Both the position numbers and the translations under genes were made by a program. 32,000 bases of DNA from assembly GCF_000010625.1 (NCBI RefSeq), contig NC_010296.1:5610001-5642000 (forward strand), written 5' to 3'. Shown here in pieces: positions 7,922 to 16,677 of the stretch. Source of the DNA: Microcystis aeruginosa NIES-843. GTDB lineage: Bacteria > Cyanobacteriota > Cyanobacteriia > Cyanobacteriales > Microcystaceae. The notes beneath the pieces are model-generated. The model saw nothing but the letters and a program-made list of their open reading frames with translations. It was not told the DNA's origin and searched no databases. The number at the start of each line of letters is the position of its first letter. Positions within the stretch are counted from its first letter, which is position 1.

Positions 7922-8695
7922 ATGCTACATATTGCTACTTTTTCTTGCGAAAATGAGTGCCAAAATTTCGGTTTTTGGCAGAGACTCGCGCCCCATACCC
8001 GGGTTTTAGTTACTCTTTTGTTAGTTTTTGCCACAGCCTTAACGCCGAATGGTAGCTGGGAAACTTGGGGGATTTACGGATTAGGATTAATTATTTTAAT
8101 TCTGATCAGTCGGGTGGCTATTCCCGTACTTTTACAAAGAGTAGCGATCGAATTTGTCTTTATCGGTGTGGTTTTATTGGGAACTCTTTTTCGTGATGGC
8201 GGCGAAATTCTTTGGTCTTGGGGATTTTTGCGGATAACTAGCGAGGGATTGCTAGTTTTAGGCAGTGTCGCCCTAAAAGCTTTTCTCTGTCTTTGTACGG
8301 TCAATATTCTGGTTTTAACGACAGCAATTCCCGACCTGTTGCAAGCATTAGTTACCCTGAAAACTCCCCCTTTATTGGTGGCAATTTTGGCTTCTATGTA
8401 CCGTTATCTAGCTGTTTTGATCGCTGAATTTAATTCCATGCGAAGGGCAGCAATTGCGCGCAATTTAATGAGTAGTCCCCGATGGCAACGGCTGCTAGTG
8501 GGACACATGATCGGCGCTTTATTTATCCGTACCTACGAACGTGGCGATCGCATTTATCAAGCCATGTTATCGAGGGGTTACACCGGTTCCTTGCCCTCTG
8601 TACAGGTTCCCCAAAGCAAGCTGAAAGATTATCTCGCTATAATTTGCATAGTAATTCTGATCCTCTGGGGTCAAATGGTACATCTACTCAGGTAA
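7922..8695 (+). CDS. cbiQ: ECF transporter transmembrane (T) component CbiQ (257 aa)
   Basis: Multi-TM protein with the ...RRAAIARN... and YERGDRIYQAMLSRGY region typical of CbiQ/EcfT. Operon context supports the call. Confidence 0.75.
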   Translation: MLHIATFSCENECQNFGFWQRLAPHTRVLVTLLLVFATALTPNGSWETWGIYGLGLIILILISRVAIPVLLQRVAIEFVFIGVVLLGTLFRDGGEILWSWGFLRITSEGLLVLGSVALKAFLCLCTVNILVLTTAIPDLLQALVTLKTPPLLVAILASMYRYLAVLIAEFNSMRRAAIARNLMSSPRWQRLLVGHMIGALFIRTYERGDRIYQAMLSRGYTGSLPSVQVPQSKLKDYLAIICIVILILWGQMVHLLR

Positions 8696-8709
8696 AAGTC
8701 TCGTTTTTC

Positions 8710-9516
8710 ATGCACCACAACCCGATTTTTATTGAAAACCTAGTTTATACCTATCCTGACGGCACAGAAGCGTTAAAAGGTATTAATTTAGCCATTGAAG
8801 CTACGGAAAAGGTAGCTTTGGTCGGGGCAAATGGATCGGGAAAATCCACCTTATTACTGCATTTTAACGGTATTCTCCCGCCGCAAACGGGTAAAATCAC
8901 CGTCGGTCCCTACCAAGTTAAACCGGAGAATTTAGAAAATATCCGCAATTTTGTCGGTTTAGTCTTCCAAAACCCCGACGATCAGCTATTTATGCCCACT
9001 GTCTGGGAAGATGTGACTTTTGGACCGATGAATCAGGGAATTCGGGGAGAGGATTTAAAACATCGCTGTCATCATGCTTTACACGCGGTGGGATTGGATT
9101 CCCAGCATTACGGTAAGAGAAACAGTCAGAATCTATCGGGGGGTGAAAAAAAACGCGTGGCGATTGCGGGGGTTTTAGCCATGTTGCCCCAGGTCTTAGT
9201 TTTTGATGAACCTAGCGCCCAACTGGATCCCCGATCCCGTCGGCAATTAATACAACTATTGGCCACTTTACCCCAAACTCAAGTGATCGCCACCCACGAT
9301 CTCGATCTGGCTTTAGAACTATGCGATCGCACGGTGGTGTTAAGTCGTGGTCAGGTGGTGGGAGAGGGAGAAACCGCTAAGATTTTAAGTAATCGGGAAT
9401 TTTTGGAAGAACACGACCTCGAAACACCCCTTTGTTATAGTCGTCCCTACTGTGCGATCGCTGATGCGCCCTCACAAGTCAGTGATCAGTTATCAGTTAT
9501 CAGTGATCAGATGTGA
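8710..9516 (+). CDS. cbiO: ECF transporter ATPase CbiO (268 aa)
   Basis: Walker A GANGSGKST, signature LSGGEKKRV, Walker B VLVFDEPSAQLD and an H-loop ATHD. The start is set at ATG 8710, 15 nt after the cbiQ stop. The 8482 start in the track would overlap cbiQ by more than 200 nt. Confidence 0.85.
   Translation: MHHNPIFIENLVYTYPDGTEALKGINLAIEATEKVALVGANGSGKSTLLLHFNGILPPQTGKITVGPYQVKPENLENIRNFVGLVFQNPDDQLFMPTVWEDVTFGPMNQGIRGEDLKHRCHHALHAVGLDSQHYGKRNSQNLSGGEKKRVAIAGVLAMLPQVLVFDEPSAQLDPRSRRQLIQLLATLPQTQVIATHDLDLALELCDRTVVLSRGQVVGEGETAKILSNREFLEEHDLETPLCYSRPYCAIADAPSQVSDQLSVISDQM
9480..9510. repeat. CAGTGAT/CAGTTAT heptamer array inside the 3' end of cbiO
   Basis: CAGTGATCAGTTATCAGTTATCAGTGATCAG encodes the C-terminal tail SDQLSVISDQ. 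Confidence 0.9.
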
Positions 9517-9627
9517 GTTTTCAGTTCACCGATTACTCTTTACTGGACGGCTACGCCGTGCCTTTGGCAACACTGAAAAAAAGCTCCCTTTTCCCCTCTC
9601 ATAGACAGTCTTAACGAGTGATTTAGA

Positions 9628-9823
9628 TAGGGTATGCTGAATAAATCTAAAAACCTTGTTTGGTAAGACTTTTAGACTTTTTGTCAATCAAAAAGTACCA
9701 GATATGGGAGTGATCGGGGGGAAAATTCCGGGACTTTTTCCCTGCAAATTAGGTAATTGACCTCCTCAAAATCGGTAAAACCCCACACCCCACACCCTGT
9801 CCCCACGAAAAACTTTTTCAGCA
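9628..9823 (+). repeat. Copy A of a ~200-bp dispersed (MITE-like) repeat
   Basis: Aligns by eye along its whole length with 21348-21556: TAGGGT(A/C)TGCTGAATAAATCTAAAAACCTTGTT...TTTTGTCAATCAAAAAGTAC...GGGAGTGATCGGGGGGAAA...AATTAGGTAATTG...GGTAAAACCCCACACCCCACACCC...GAAAAACTTTTTCAGCA. Confidence 0.85.
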
Positions 9824-9849
9824 GCTCCTAGATGGTCAACAGCTTACCG

Positions 9850-10071
9850 CTACTTAGCGGTTAATTTTGGGGATTCTAAGGGAGAATGATGTAATAACAT
9901 TAATTGATTTTCTTGTAAGATTTCGATAGCATAAGCAAGGCCAGAAGTATCGCTAAATTCAACTTCAAAAACATTTGGCTCATAGACTTCTACAATTGTT
10001 CCCACTTGCCCGCGATATAATCCCAATTGGGGTAAGTCTTCTAATAAAGCAACCACATCTAAGAGTTTCAT
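9850..10071 (-). CDS. DUF4926 domain protein (73 aa)
   Basis: MKLLDVVALLEDLPQLGLYRGQVGTIVEVYEPNVFEVEFSD matches the DUF4926 pattern (D.V.LL.DLP..GL..G..GTIVE....EVEF). Confidence 0.7.
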   Translation of the reverse strand: MKLLDVVALLEDLPQLGLYRGQVGTIVEVYEPNVFEVEFSDTSGLAYAIEILQENQLMLLHHSPLESPKLTAK

Positions 10072-10083
10072 TTCATCATCTCC

Positions 10084-10368
10084 TTAAAGTACATAACAAG
10101 TAACTAAACGGGGAAATTTTTCAGCATTTCTGATTATCCAAACACTGGGAATAATAGCCGTTTTGTTTTGATGATTCAGGGGAAAGTCAATAATATACTT
10201 TTGTCCATATTCCCACTTCTGCAAGAAGTCTGTGGATAGCTTGCCTGAGTAAATACTGATGTCCGATGCACAATTTTGAGATTTATTATCGGTTTCTTGC
10301 ATAGAAGAGAGGACAAAAGCCAGCAAGTCTGACATTCTTAGGATAGGTAGCACGAAAATCGAGGCCAT
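10084..10368 (-). CDS. DUF6883-like protein with a divergent or truncated N-terminus (start uncertain)
   Basis: The C-terminal YGQKYIIDF...SVWIIRNAEKFPRLVTCYVL matches the DUF6883 C-terminal signature (YGQRY.(I/V)DF...W(I/V).R....PRL.TCY(I/V)L). The N-terminal half lacks the usual motifs, and the annotated start is only 8 bp from the divergent HEAT gene start. Confidence 0.5.
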   Translation of the reverse strand: MASIFVLPILRMSDLLAFVLSSMQETDNKSQNCASDISIYSGKLSTDFLQKWEYGQKYIIDFPLNHQNKTAIIPSVWIIRNAEKFPRLVTCYVL

Positions 10369-10376
10369 TTCTCACG

Positions 10377-11567
10377 ATGCAAGCTCTGCTAGAAAAAGCT
10401 CAGATAGCGTTGAATAAAAAGGACTGGGAGACAGTAAACGCCAGCATACAGCGACTTTTAAACCAAAAAGATGCGATTGAACCGATTATTAACGATGAAA
10501 TCCTCGATTTAGCCCTAGAAGCTTTACAAAAATGTGATTTTCAACAGCGATGGGAGATAGCGAAACTATTTCCTCAAATCGGTCAATCGGCGATCGCTCC
10601 TTTAATTGCCCTGTTAGAATCCGAGGAACAAGATGGGGAAATGCGCTGGTTTCTGGCGAGAATTCTCAGTCAATTTGACGATCAAGCCTGTATTCTCGCT
10701 CTCAGTCAATTATTGCAAAGATCGGAGGAGGAGGAACTCAGGCAAATGGCTGCGGCCGCTTTAGCTAATATCGGTAGTTCTGCGATCTCTAGTTTAGGAC
10801 AATTACTGTCCGACTCGAACAGGCGTTTTTTAGCCGTACAAGCTTTATCACAAATTCGCCGGCCAGAAATTATCGAACCGCTTTTAACTGTAGTTAAGGA
10901 TCAATCTAGCGCCATTCGGTCCATGGCGATCGAAGCTTTAAGCAGTTTTCACCATCCCCAGATTACTGCGATTATCCTCGATGCTTTACGGGATCCAGCC
11001 ATCGCTGTGCGACGGGAAGCAATTAAAGCTAGTAGTTACCTAGGGACGAATTATCCCCAAGCAGATTTAGTTAACCATCTGCAACCTCTGTTATTCGATA
11101 TCCACCTCGATATCTGTCAAGAAACTGCGATCGCTCTCGGTCGTATCGGCACAGCAACCTCAGCCAAAGCTTTAAACCCACTGCTGCAATCTTCCTTAAC
11201 TCCCGATAGTTTAAAATTAACTGTAGTGCGAGCATTAGGCTGGATCGAGGATGGGGAAGCTTTAAATTATCTAGAAAAGGCTTTATATAGCGAAAATGTC
11301 TTGATTTGTCGGGAAATTATCGCTATTCTCGGCCGGCAAACCTCCCAGAAATTACGCCGACAAGCAGGGGAAATTCTCCGTAATTTTTATCACTCCCGTC
11401 CGGCGATCCTCGCTGATACGGGAGTTAAACAGTCTCTAGCGATCGCTTTAGGAGAATTAGATCGGGACAATAAAAGTATTTTGCTGACTTTAGCAGCCGA
11501 TGGGGAAGCAATCGTCCGTCTCCATGCTCTCAGCGCCCTGAAAAAGCTAGATCATGGGACTATATAG
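10377..11567 (+). CDS. HEAT-repeat (PBS-lyase-like repeat) protein (396 aa)
   Basis: Recurrent units of ~30 aa, such as ...VR..A..ALG.IG...A...L, are typical HEAT/PBS-lyase repeats. Confidence 0.7.
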   Translation: MQALLEKAQIALNKKDWETVNASIQRLLNQKDAIEPIINDEILDLALEALQKCDFQQRWEIAKLFPQIGQSAIAPLIALLESEEQDGEMRWFLARILSQFDDQACILALSQLLQRSEEEELRQMAAAALANIGSSAISSLGQLLSDSNRRFLAVQALSQIRRPEIIEPLLTVVKDQSSAIRSMAIEALSSFHHPQITAIILDALRDPAIAVRREAIKASSYLGTNYPQADLVNHLQPLLFDIHLDICQETAIALGRIGTATSAKALNPLLQSSLTPDSLKLTVVRALGWIEDGEALNYLEKALYSENVLICREIIAILGRQTSQKLRRQAGEILRNFYHSRPAILADTGVKQSLAIALGELDRDNKSILLTLAADGEAIVRLHALSALKKLDHGTI

Positions 11568-11662
11568 GGTTGGCTGAAAAACTTTTTGCCGCAAACCCTA
11601 AGTAGGAGAATTGCCAGATCCTGTCTTTTGCACGAGTGCCTGTTGCCTCTTGCCTTCAGAAG

Positions 11663-11702
11663 CTGATAACTGATAACTGATAACTGATAACTGATAACTG
11701 AT
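11663..11702. repeat. (CTGATAA)x5.7 heptamer array abutting the stop codon of the GH57 gene
   Basis: Read directly. Confidence 0.9.
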
Positions 11703-13943
11703 TTAAGGTCTTTGCAGCAAGATTAATTCTTCAACGGGGAGGAAATCATAGTATTGACCTTGATTGGCTAAAACTGCGATTAAATGGAGACGAGCATCGG
11801 GTTCAATGTGTAATCCTTCCCAGGGGACAGCAATTTCCAAACATTGATTAAAAGAAGCTTTGGCACTACTAGGAACTCGCTGCCAAGTAAAATATTCTTG
11901 AGCGACTTCTAACCAAGTAAATTCCGTGATTAAATTTATTCCTAGATGATGATGATAACCGTAATCGAGGGGCGATCGAGGGGGAATATCTGCTAAGGGA
12001 ATTGGACTTTGCAGACGATGCACTTCGTCATAATACCAATATAAATGCACTTCAGGCGGGATATCTTTGCCTAATTCTGCCCCCGGTTTCCAATCGAAAC
12101 GCAGATAAAAATTGAGGTGATCCCAACCGAAAAAGAGTCTTTGTACTAAGGAAGTCCGGTGCATTGTACCACTGGCGCCGCCAATTTCGATCCGTCCAGC
12201 TTTATCCCAATCCTGTTCGTCCCCAAAACCGTCGATAATGGGGTGAATAAAAGCTAGTGGACGATTACTTTGTTTATCTCTGTGTTCTTCCACCGGTTCG
12301 AGCAAATAGGAGGGAATTGGCTCATTTAAAGCTTGATAGAGGGCGATCAGGTGTTCGCGGAAAAGTTGGTCAAAAATTGCGTCATGATTGGAGGAATGGC
12401 CATAACCAAACCACCAAAACCAATCGGAACCCTCCGCTGCATACAATGCTTCCCACGCATCGGGGTTATTATCTTCCGTCGCTTCTGGGTGATTAGCGAG
12501 GGTTTGACGGGCTAAAATTAGATATTCCCAAGCTTTATTTTTAGCGGGATCGCCGATCCAAGTGGTAAAATTGGCATCGATCCAAGAGCCGCTATGAAGT
12601 TTATTGACAGGAATTTTTGCATTAGCGGGAAAGCGATCGAGATATTCGGAGACGGTGACTAATTCGATCGCTTGGTGGTCGCTTAAAAGTTGATAAAGAT
12701 TCTCTAGGAAGGGTAAACCGTCTTGATGATAGTTTTCCCAGCAGTTTTCGCCATCTAGCGCAATGGTAACTAACCAGGGTTTTTCTAGGGTCGTGGTTTC
12801 TGCGTTGGTTTTCAGTTGTTCGGCGATCGCTTCTAGGTGTTTAACTAAGTCTGTAGCGGCCTCTTGCGCTTTCATGCCACTATAGCTAAATCCGATCAGA
12901 TCCGAGAGACGATGATCGCGGAAAACCATCGATAAATTGCCGTTGCTAGTTTCCAGACAGTAGGGACGATAAAGCAATTCTGGTTCGCTAATATTGCCTT
13001 TTTCGTCGCGATGAAAGTAATGTCCCAGAGACCAACCTAACACCCCCTCATCGGAACATAACCACTGAAAACCCTGTTTAGCGACAGCGGGGAGAATCGC
13101 GGGACTAACGGATTGTTCCGAGGGCCAAAGTCCTCGAGGATGTTTATCAAAGCGATCGATATAGATTTGCCAAGCTTTCTGGAGATGGCGGGAAATATCT
13201 TCAGGATAGTGGAAATATTGCCGAGGAAGGGTCATATTCGGCACTGCTACCCGGCCGGCTTCCGAGTTGGCCAGCAGGGGTAAAATTGGATGGGTGTAGG
13301 GACTGGTCATGATTTCTAGTTGTCCGGTTTCCTGCATTAACCGGTGTTGCGGCAAGATACGACGCAGAATTTGACGCTGTTTGGAGATAATTCGCTGGCG
13401 ATCGCTTAAAGTGAAGTTTTTTCCCTGTTCTAACCAGGCAGCGATTTCTGGGTCACTGTGAAAGATAGGATCGATCCAAGCGAGGTTATGCCAAGCCAAG
13501 AGATCGCTATAATCTTGGAGATGCCAATGGCTAATACACCAACTATGACCGTTTTCTTGACGCTGTGCGTATAATTGCCCGTAACGGGGGTGCGGATCGA
13601 TCAGGGTACGATGGTTAGCATCGAAAAAGTGTTCGAGGATAAAGTGTTTTTGTGCCAGGGTTAACTGCGCTTCTGGGGTGACGGTGAGGGCAAGATAGGG
13701 GTCTATAGCTAGTCCGTTGACGTAATCCTCTAATTGCAGGATTAAAGAGGGGACAAGGTTGACAGTTTGGTGTAATTTGGGAAAACGTTCTAGAATCAGG
13801 ATTAAATCGAGATAATCTTTCACCCCATGCAGTCGCACCCAGGGTAAGCGATATTGTCCCGAAGCATCGGTGCGAGTTTGACAGGATTTGTAGAGGGGTT
13901 GGTGTTGATGCCAAATAAAAGCGACGTAGAGAGGATAGGCCAT
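11703..13943 (-). CDS. Glycoside hydrolase family 57 protein, long form (746 aa)
   Basis: N-terminal FIWHQHQP motif, ALDGENCWE (nucleophile region) and GSDWFWWFG, all GH57 signatures. Confidence 0.85.
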   Translation of the reverse strand: MAYPLYVAFIWHQHQPLYKSCQTRTDASGQYRLPWVRLHGVKDYLDLILILERFPKLHQTVNLVPSLILQLEDYVNGLAIDPYLALTVTPEAQLTLAQKHFILEHFFDANHRTLIDPHPRYGQLYAQRQENGHSWCISHWHLQDYSDLLAWHNLAWIDPIFHSDPEIAAWLEQGKNFTLSDRQRIISKQRQILRRILPQHRLMQETGQLEIMTSPYTHPILPLLANSEAGRVAVPNMTLPRQYFHYPEDISRHLQKAWQIYIDRFDKHPRGLWPSEQSVSPAILPAVAKQGFQWLCSDEGVLGWSLGHYFHRDEKGNISEPELLYRPYCLETSNGNLSMVFRDHRLSDLIGFSYSGMKAQEAATDLVKHLEAIAEQLKTNAETTTLEKPWLVTIALDGENCWENYHQDGLPFLENLYQLLSDHQAIELVTVSEYLDRFPANAKIPVNKLHSGSWIDANFTTWIGDPAKNKAWEYLILARQTLANHPEATEDNNPDAWEALYAAEGSDWFWWFGYGHSSNHDAIFDQLFREHLIALYQALNEPIPSYLLEPVEEHRDKQSNRPLAFIHPIIDGFGDEQDWDKAGRIEIGGASGTMHRTSLVQRLFFGWDHLNFYLRFDWKPGAELGKDIPPEVHLYWYYDEVHRLQSPIPLADIPPRSPLDYGYHHHLGINLITEFTWLEVAQEYFTWQRVPSSAKASFNQCLEIAVPWEGLHIEPDARLHLIAVLANQGQYYDFLPVEELILLQRP

Positions 13944-14126
13944 GATAATACCGAGGAAAAGTGCATATAACAGGCTTTAAAGCCGTTATATTAGATAATA
14001 ATGGACAATAAAGCCCATTATAGATTCTTAAAAGTTGATTTCGGTCACTACCATAATCCTATCAACTGGTTTTGAGGGGGTATCGTCTCTTTGTATTTGT
14101 TAAAGGATCGGCTCCTCTGGTGTTGA

Positions 14127-14312
14127 TTATTTGCAGTTCAGCAGTAGAATCCCTAATACTATTTTTCGGTTCTTCGTTACTTGGTATGGTTCGATCAGGG
14201 GGCATAAATCGGCTAAATCCTTATCTGGCAAGAGACTTAATTGATTAGCTCGTTCTAGATTGAAAACAATTGGCAAAAATCGAAGCAATGTCTTTCTATA
14301 TAATGGTTTCAT
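14127..14312 (-). pseudogene. Duplicated 5' fragment (leader plus the first ~47 codons) of the Ser/Thr kinase gene at 23412-25112
   Basis: Positions 14164-14363 align without gaps to 24964-25163, an offset of exactly 10,800 bp, with about 11 mismatches by hand count. The ORF diverges after ...QVTKN and stops after 61 aa. Confidence 0.6.
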
Positions 14313-14363
14313 CCCTTATAACTCCCGTCCATTGCATAACACAAACCGAAGAACCTATTTTTC

Positions 14364-14405
14364 TTACTGATTACTGATTACTGATTACTGATTACTGATT
14401 ACTGA
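14364..14405. repeat. (TTACTGA)x6 heptamer array
   Basis: Read directly. Confidence 0.9.
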
Positions 14406-14490
14406 AAAACCCCCATCACCTCGATCGACAACATTTTTCAGGATGATAGGATAAGCTGGAATTATCGAAACCGTAGAAATAATAGATAAA

Positions 14491-14784
14491 ATGAGTAATC
14501 TCCTCTGGCCGCCTTTTCTCAAGAAAGCTTACCGTCAAGAACCAATAACTAGCTTTATCTTTACCGCAGCGGCAGTAGATGTCATCATCGGGGTTGTAGG
14601 ACAAAGATGGACACTGCTATCTTTAGGGGCAACGATTATGGCGATCGCTATCTTCGCTAGGTGGCAACAGAGTCAAAAAACCAAGGCAATCAACAGAGAA
14701 GAAGCGGCGAGATATTATTTACCGCCCCAATCGGGTCAAGTAGCTTTACCAACCCTGAAAAACGAAAAAAATCGACCTTCTTAG
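14491..14784 (+). CDS. Small hypothetical membrane protein (97 aa)
   Basis: ORF track. Two hydrophobic segments (ITSFIFTAAAVDVIIGVVG and LLSLGATIMAIAIFA). I recognise no functional motif. Confidence 0.45.
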   Translation: MSNLLWPPFLKKAYRQEPITSFIFTAAAVDVIIGVVGQRWTLLSLGATIMAIAIFARWQQSQKTKAINREEAARYYLPPQSGQVALPTLKNEKNRPS

Positions 14785-14871
14785 CTCAAAAATCTGACCT
14801 TGCTTGGCAATCAATCCCCTCAAAGGCTAGAATCTATAGCACGGTTCATTTGTTAATATTCAACTAAATTT

Positions 14872-15942
14872 ATGAAATTCCGATTTATGGGTGGGGAGAA
14901 ACTTGTCGGGGCAATTGTGGTCAGTGTCTTAACCACGCTGGCAATCGGGCAACATCAGCTTAGTCAGGCCCAAAGTCCCATTGCCCCCGCTCGACCCGCG
15001 GCTGCAAGTGGCGAAAAAAACCCAGAAACTATCCTGGTAGAAGGTTTAGGCAGACTTACCCTCGCTAAAACCTTAGAAGGGCAACAATCCACCCCTAATG
15101 CTGTGATTTTCAGCCCCGATAACCAATTAGTTCTCGCTGGTGGTAGTGATACGGATCCTCTCCTGAGAATTTGGTCGGTAAAAACAGGAGAAAAAGTCTC
15201 CCAAACTCGCGCCCAAAGAACCAGCGTCAAAGCTTTAGCCATTAGTCCCAACGAAAGATTATTAGTTAGTAGCGGTTTAGATGGTTCTATTAATTTTTGG
15301 AATCTGCTGGAAGGCAAGTATTTAGGAATTGCCCTCGAACACGGTAATACTGTCCTCGCCCTTACGGTTACTCCCGATGGTAAAACGTTAATTAGTGGTG
15401 GTTTGGAAGGAATTCGCCTCTGGACAGTGCAACCTCCCCGCCGTCCCCTCTATCGTTTAAATTGGGTGGGTAATTTTGTTTATTCCCTAGGGATGAAGTC
15501 CGATGGTGTCACCCTTGCTAGTGGTCATGAAAACGGTGAGGTAAATTTTTGGGACATCCGCGAGGGCAAATTTTTGTCGAAATTTTCCGCCCATCCCCAA
15601 GCGGTTAGCAAGCTTTTATACAGTCCCGACGGCAAAAATTTAATTACGGGTAGTTTAGACCGCACGATTAAAATCTGGGATACGAGCAATAATAAGTTAT
15701 TATTTACTCTCATCGGTCATACGGCCCGAATTCGCTCCTTGGCACTCCATCCTAACGGACAAATTCTCGCTAGTGCCAGTAATGACGGTGTGCGTTTATG
15801 GGATGTGACGACGGGTAAACAGTTGGCCTGGTTTGATAATAATTCCGACTGGGTGGAATCCCTGGCTTTTAGTCCCGATGGGCAGTATTTGGCTAGTGGT
15901 AATTATGATTTTAAAATTCGCCTCTGGCAATTCGTCCGTTAG
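14872..15942 (+). CDS. WD40-repeat protein with an N-terminal signal or anchor sequence (356 aa)
   Basis: About seven repeats ending in W(S/N/T/D)(V/L/I), for example LRIWSV, INFWNL, IRLWTV, VNFWDI, IKIWDT, VRLWDV and IRLWQF. The N-terminus is hydrophobic. Confidence 0.85.
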   Translation: MKFRFMGGEKLVGAIVVSVLTTLAIGQHQLSQAQSPIAPARPAAASGEKNPETILVEGLGRLTLAKTLEGQQSTPNAVIFSPDNQLVLAGGSDTDPLLRIWSVKTGEKVSQTRAQRTSVKALAISPNERLLVSSGLDGSINFWNLLEGKYLGIALEHGNTVLALTVTPDGKTLISGGLEGIRLWTVQPPRRPLYRLNWVGNFVYSLGMKSDGVTLASGHENGEVNFWDIREGKFLSKFSAHPQAVSKLLYSPDGKNLITGSLDRTIKIWDTSNNKLLFTLIGHTARIRSLALHPNGQILASASNDGVRLWDVTTGKQLAWFDNNSDWVESLAFSPDGQYLASGNYDFKIRLWQFVR

Positions 15943-15958
15943 GCAAAAATATCTTCAT

Positions 15959-16663
15959 TTAGCCTTTAACCACTTCTAGAAAAGCTGATTTAGCCGCTGC
16001 CTGTTCCGCTGCTTTTTTGCTTCTGCCAGTTCCCACTCCTAATTTCTGATCATTTAACCACACTTCCGCACAAAAACGTTCTTGATCTAAACTATTGATT
16101 TCTTTTACTAAATATTGCGGCAGTTTTTTGTATGTTGCTTGTGTCCACTCCTGCAAGGCATCCTTATAATTCTGTCGGGCCGGATCTCGACGAATTTCGG
16201 CCGCTTTTTCCCTTAGTGGTTCATCTAGCCAAGAACGCACTAAAACCATAGTCTGTGTACTAAGATATAATGCTCCCAAGACCGCCTCAAAAGCGTCTGC
16301 TAGTCGCGAAATTCTCCCCGCTTGATCGATACTCGTACTACTTGATACCAACAAATAACGCTCGAAACCGTAGCGATCCGCAAATTCCGCCAGAGTGCGA
16401 TCGCTAACCATCATCGATCGCAGGGCGGCAAATTCTCCCACTAGCGCCTCCGGATAGGTTTCTAACAATACCTCCGCCGCCGCCAGTCTTACCACAGAAT
16501 CGCCCACAAATTCCAATTGTTCATAATTCTTATCACGGGAAATACTGGGATGAGTTAGAGCTAAATCTAATAAATCCCACTTGACGGGGACATCAGCCGA
16601 TAAACCCAGCTTTTCCACTAGGGTTTTTAATTGTTTTTGGCGACGCGGATCACTTAAGGACAT
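15959..16663 (-). CDS. rnc: Ribonuclease III (234 aa)
   Basis: RNase III signature EQLEFVGDSV, plus a C-terminal dsRBD (KDALQEWTQ...GRSKKAAEQAAAKSA). The start is set at ATG 16661-16663. The longer start in the track only translates the GGGGTGT repeat (PHPTSPHPTPY). Confidence 0.85.
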   Translation of the reverse strand: MSLSDPRRQKQLKTLVEKLGLSADVPVKWDLLDLALTHPSISRDKNYEQLEFVGDSVVRLAAAEVLLETYPEALVGEFAALRSMMVSDRTLAEFADRYGFERYLLVSSSTSIDQAGRISRLADAFEAVLGALYLSTQTMVLVRSWLDEPLREKAAEIRRDPARQNYKDALQEWTQATYKKLPQYLVKEINSLDQERFCAEVWLNDQKLGVGTGRSKKAAEQAAAKSAFLEVVKG

Positions 16664-16677
16664 GGGAGCGGGGAGCA

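Noticed and set aside
8482-8709. Upstream extension of the cbiO ORF starting at 8482
   Set aside because: It overlaps the last 214 nt of cbiQ in another frame, and the extra 76 aa have no ABC-ATPase features. ATG 8710, just after the cbiQ stop, gives a canonical N-terminus.
14416-14604. 62-aa minus-strand ORF overlapping the start of the 14491-14784 gene
   Set aside because: It is Cys- and aromatic-rich with no features. The plus-strand ORF has two clear hydrophobic helices and is the better candidate. Neither has been verified.
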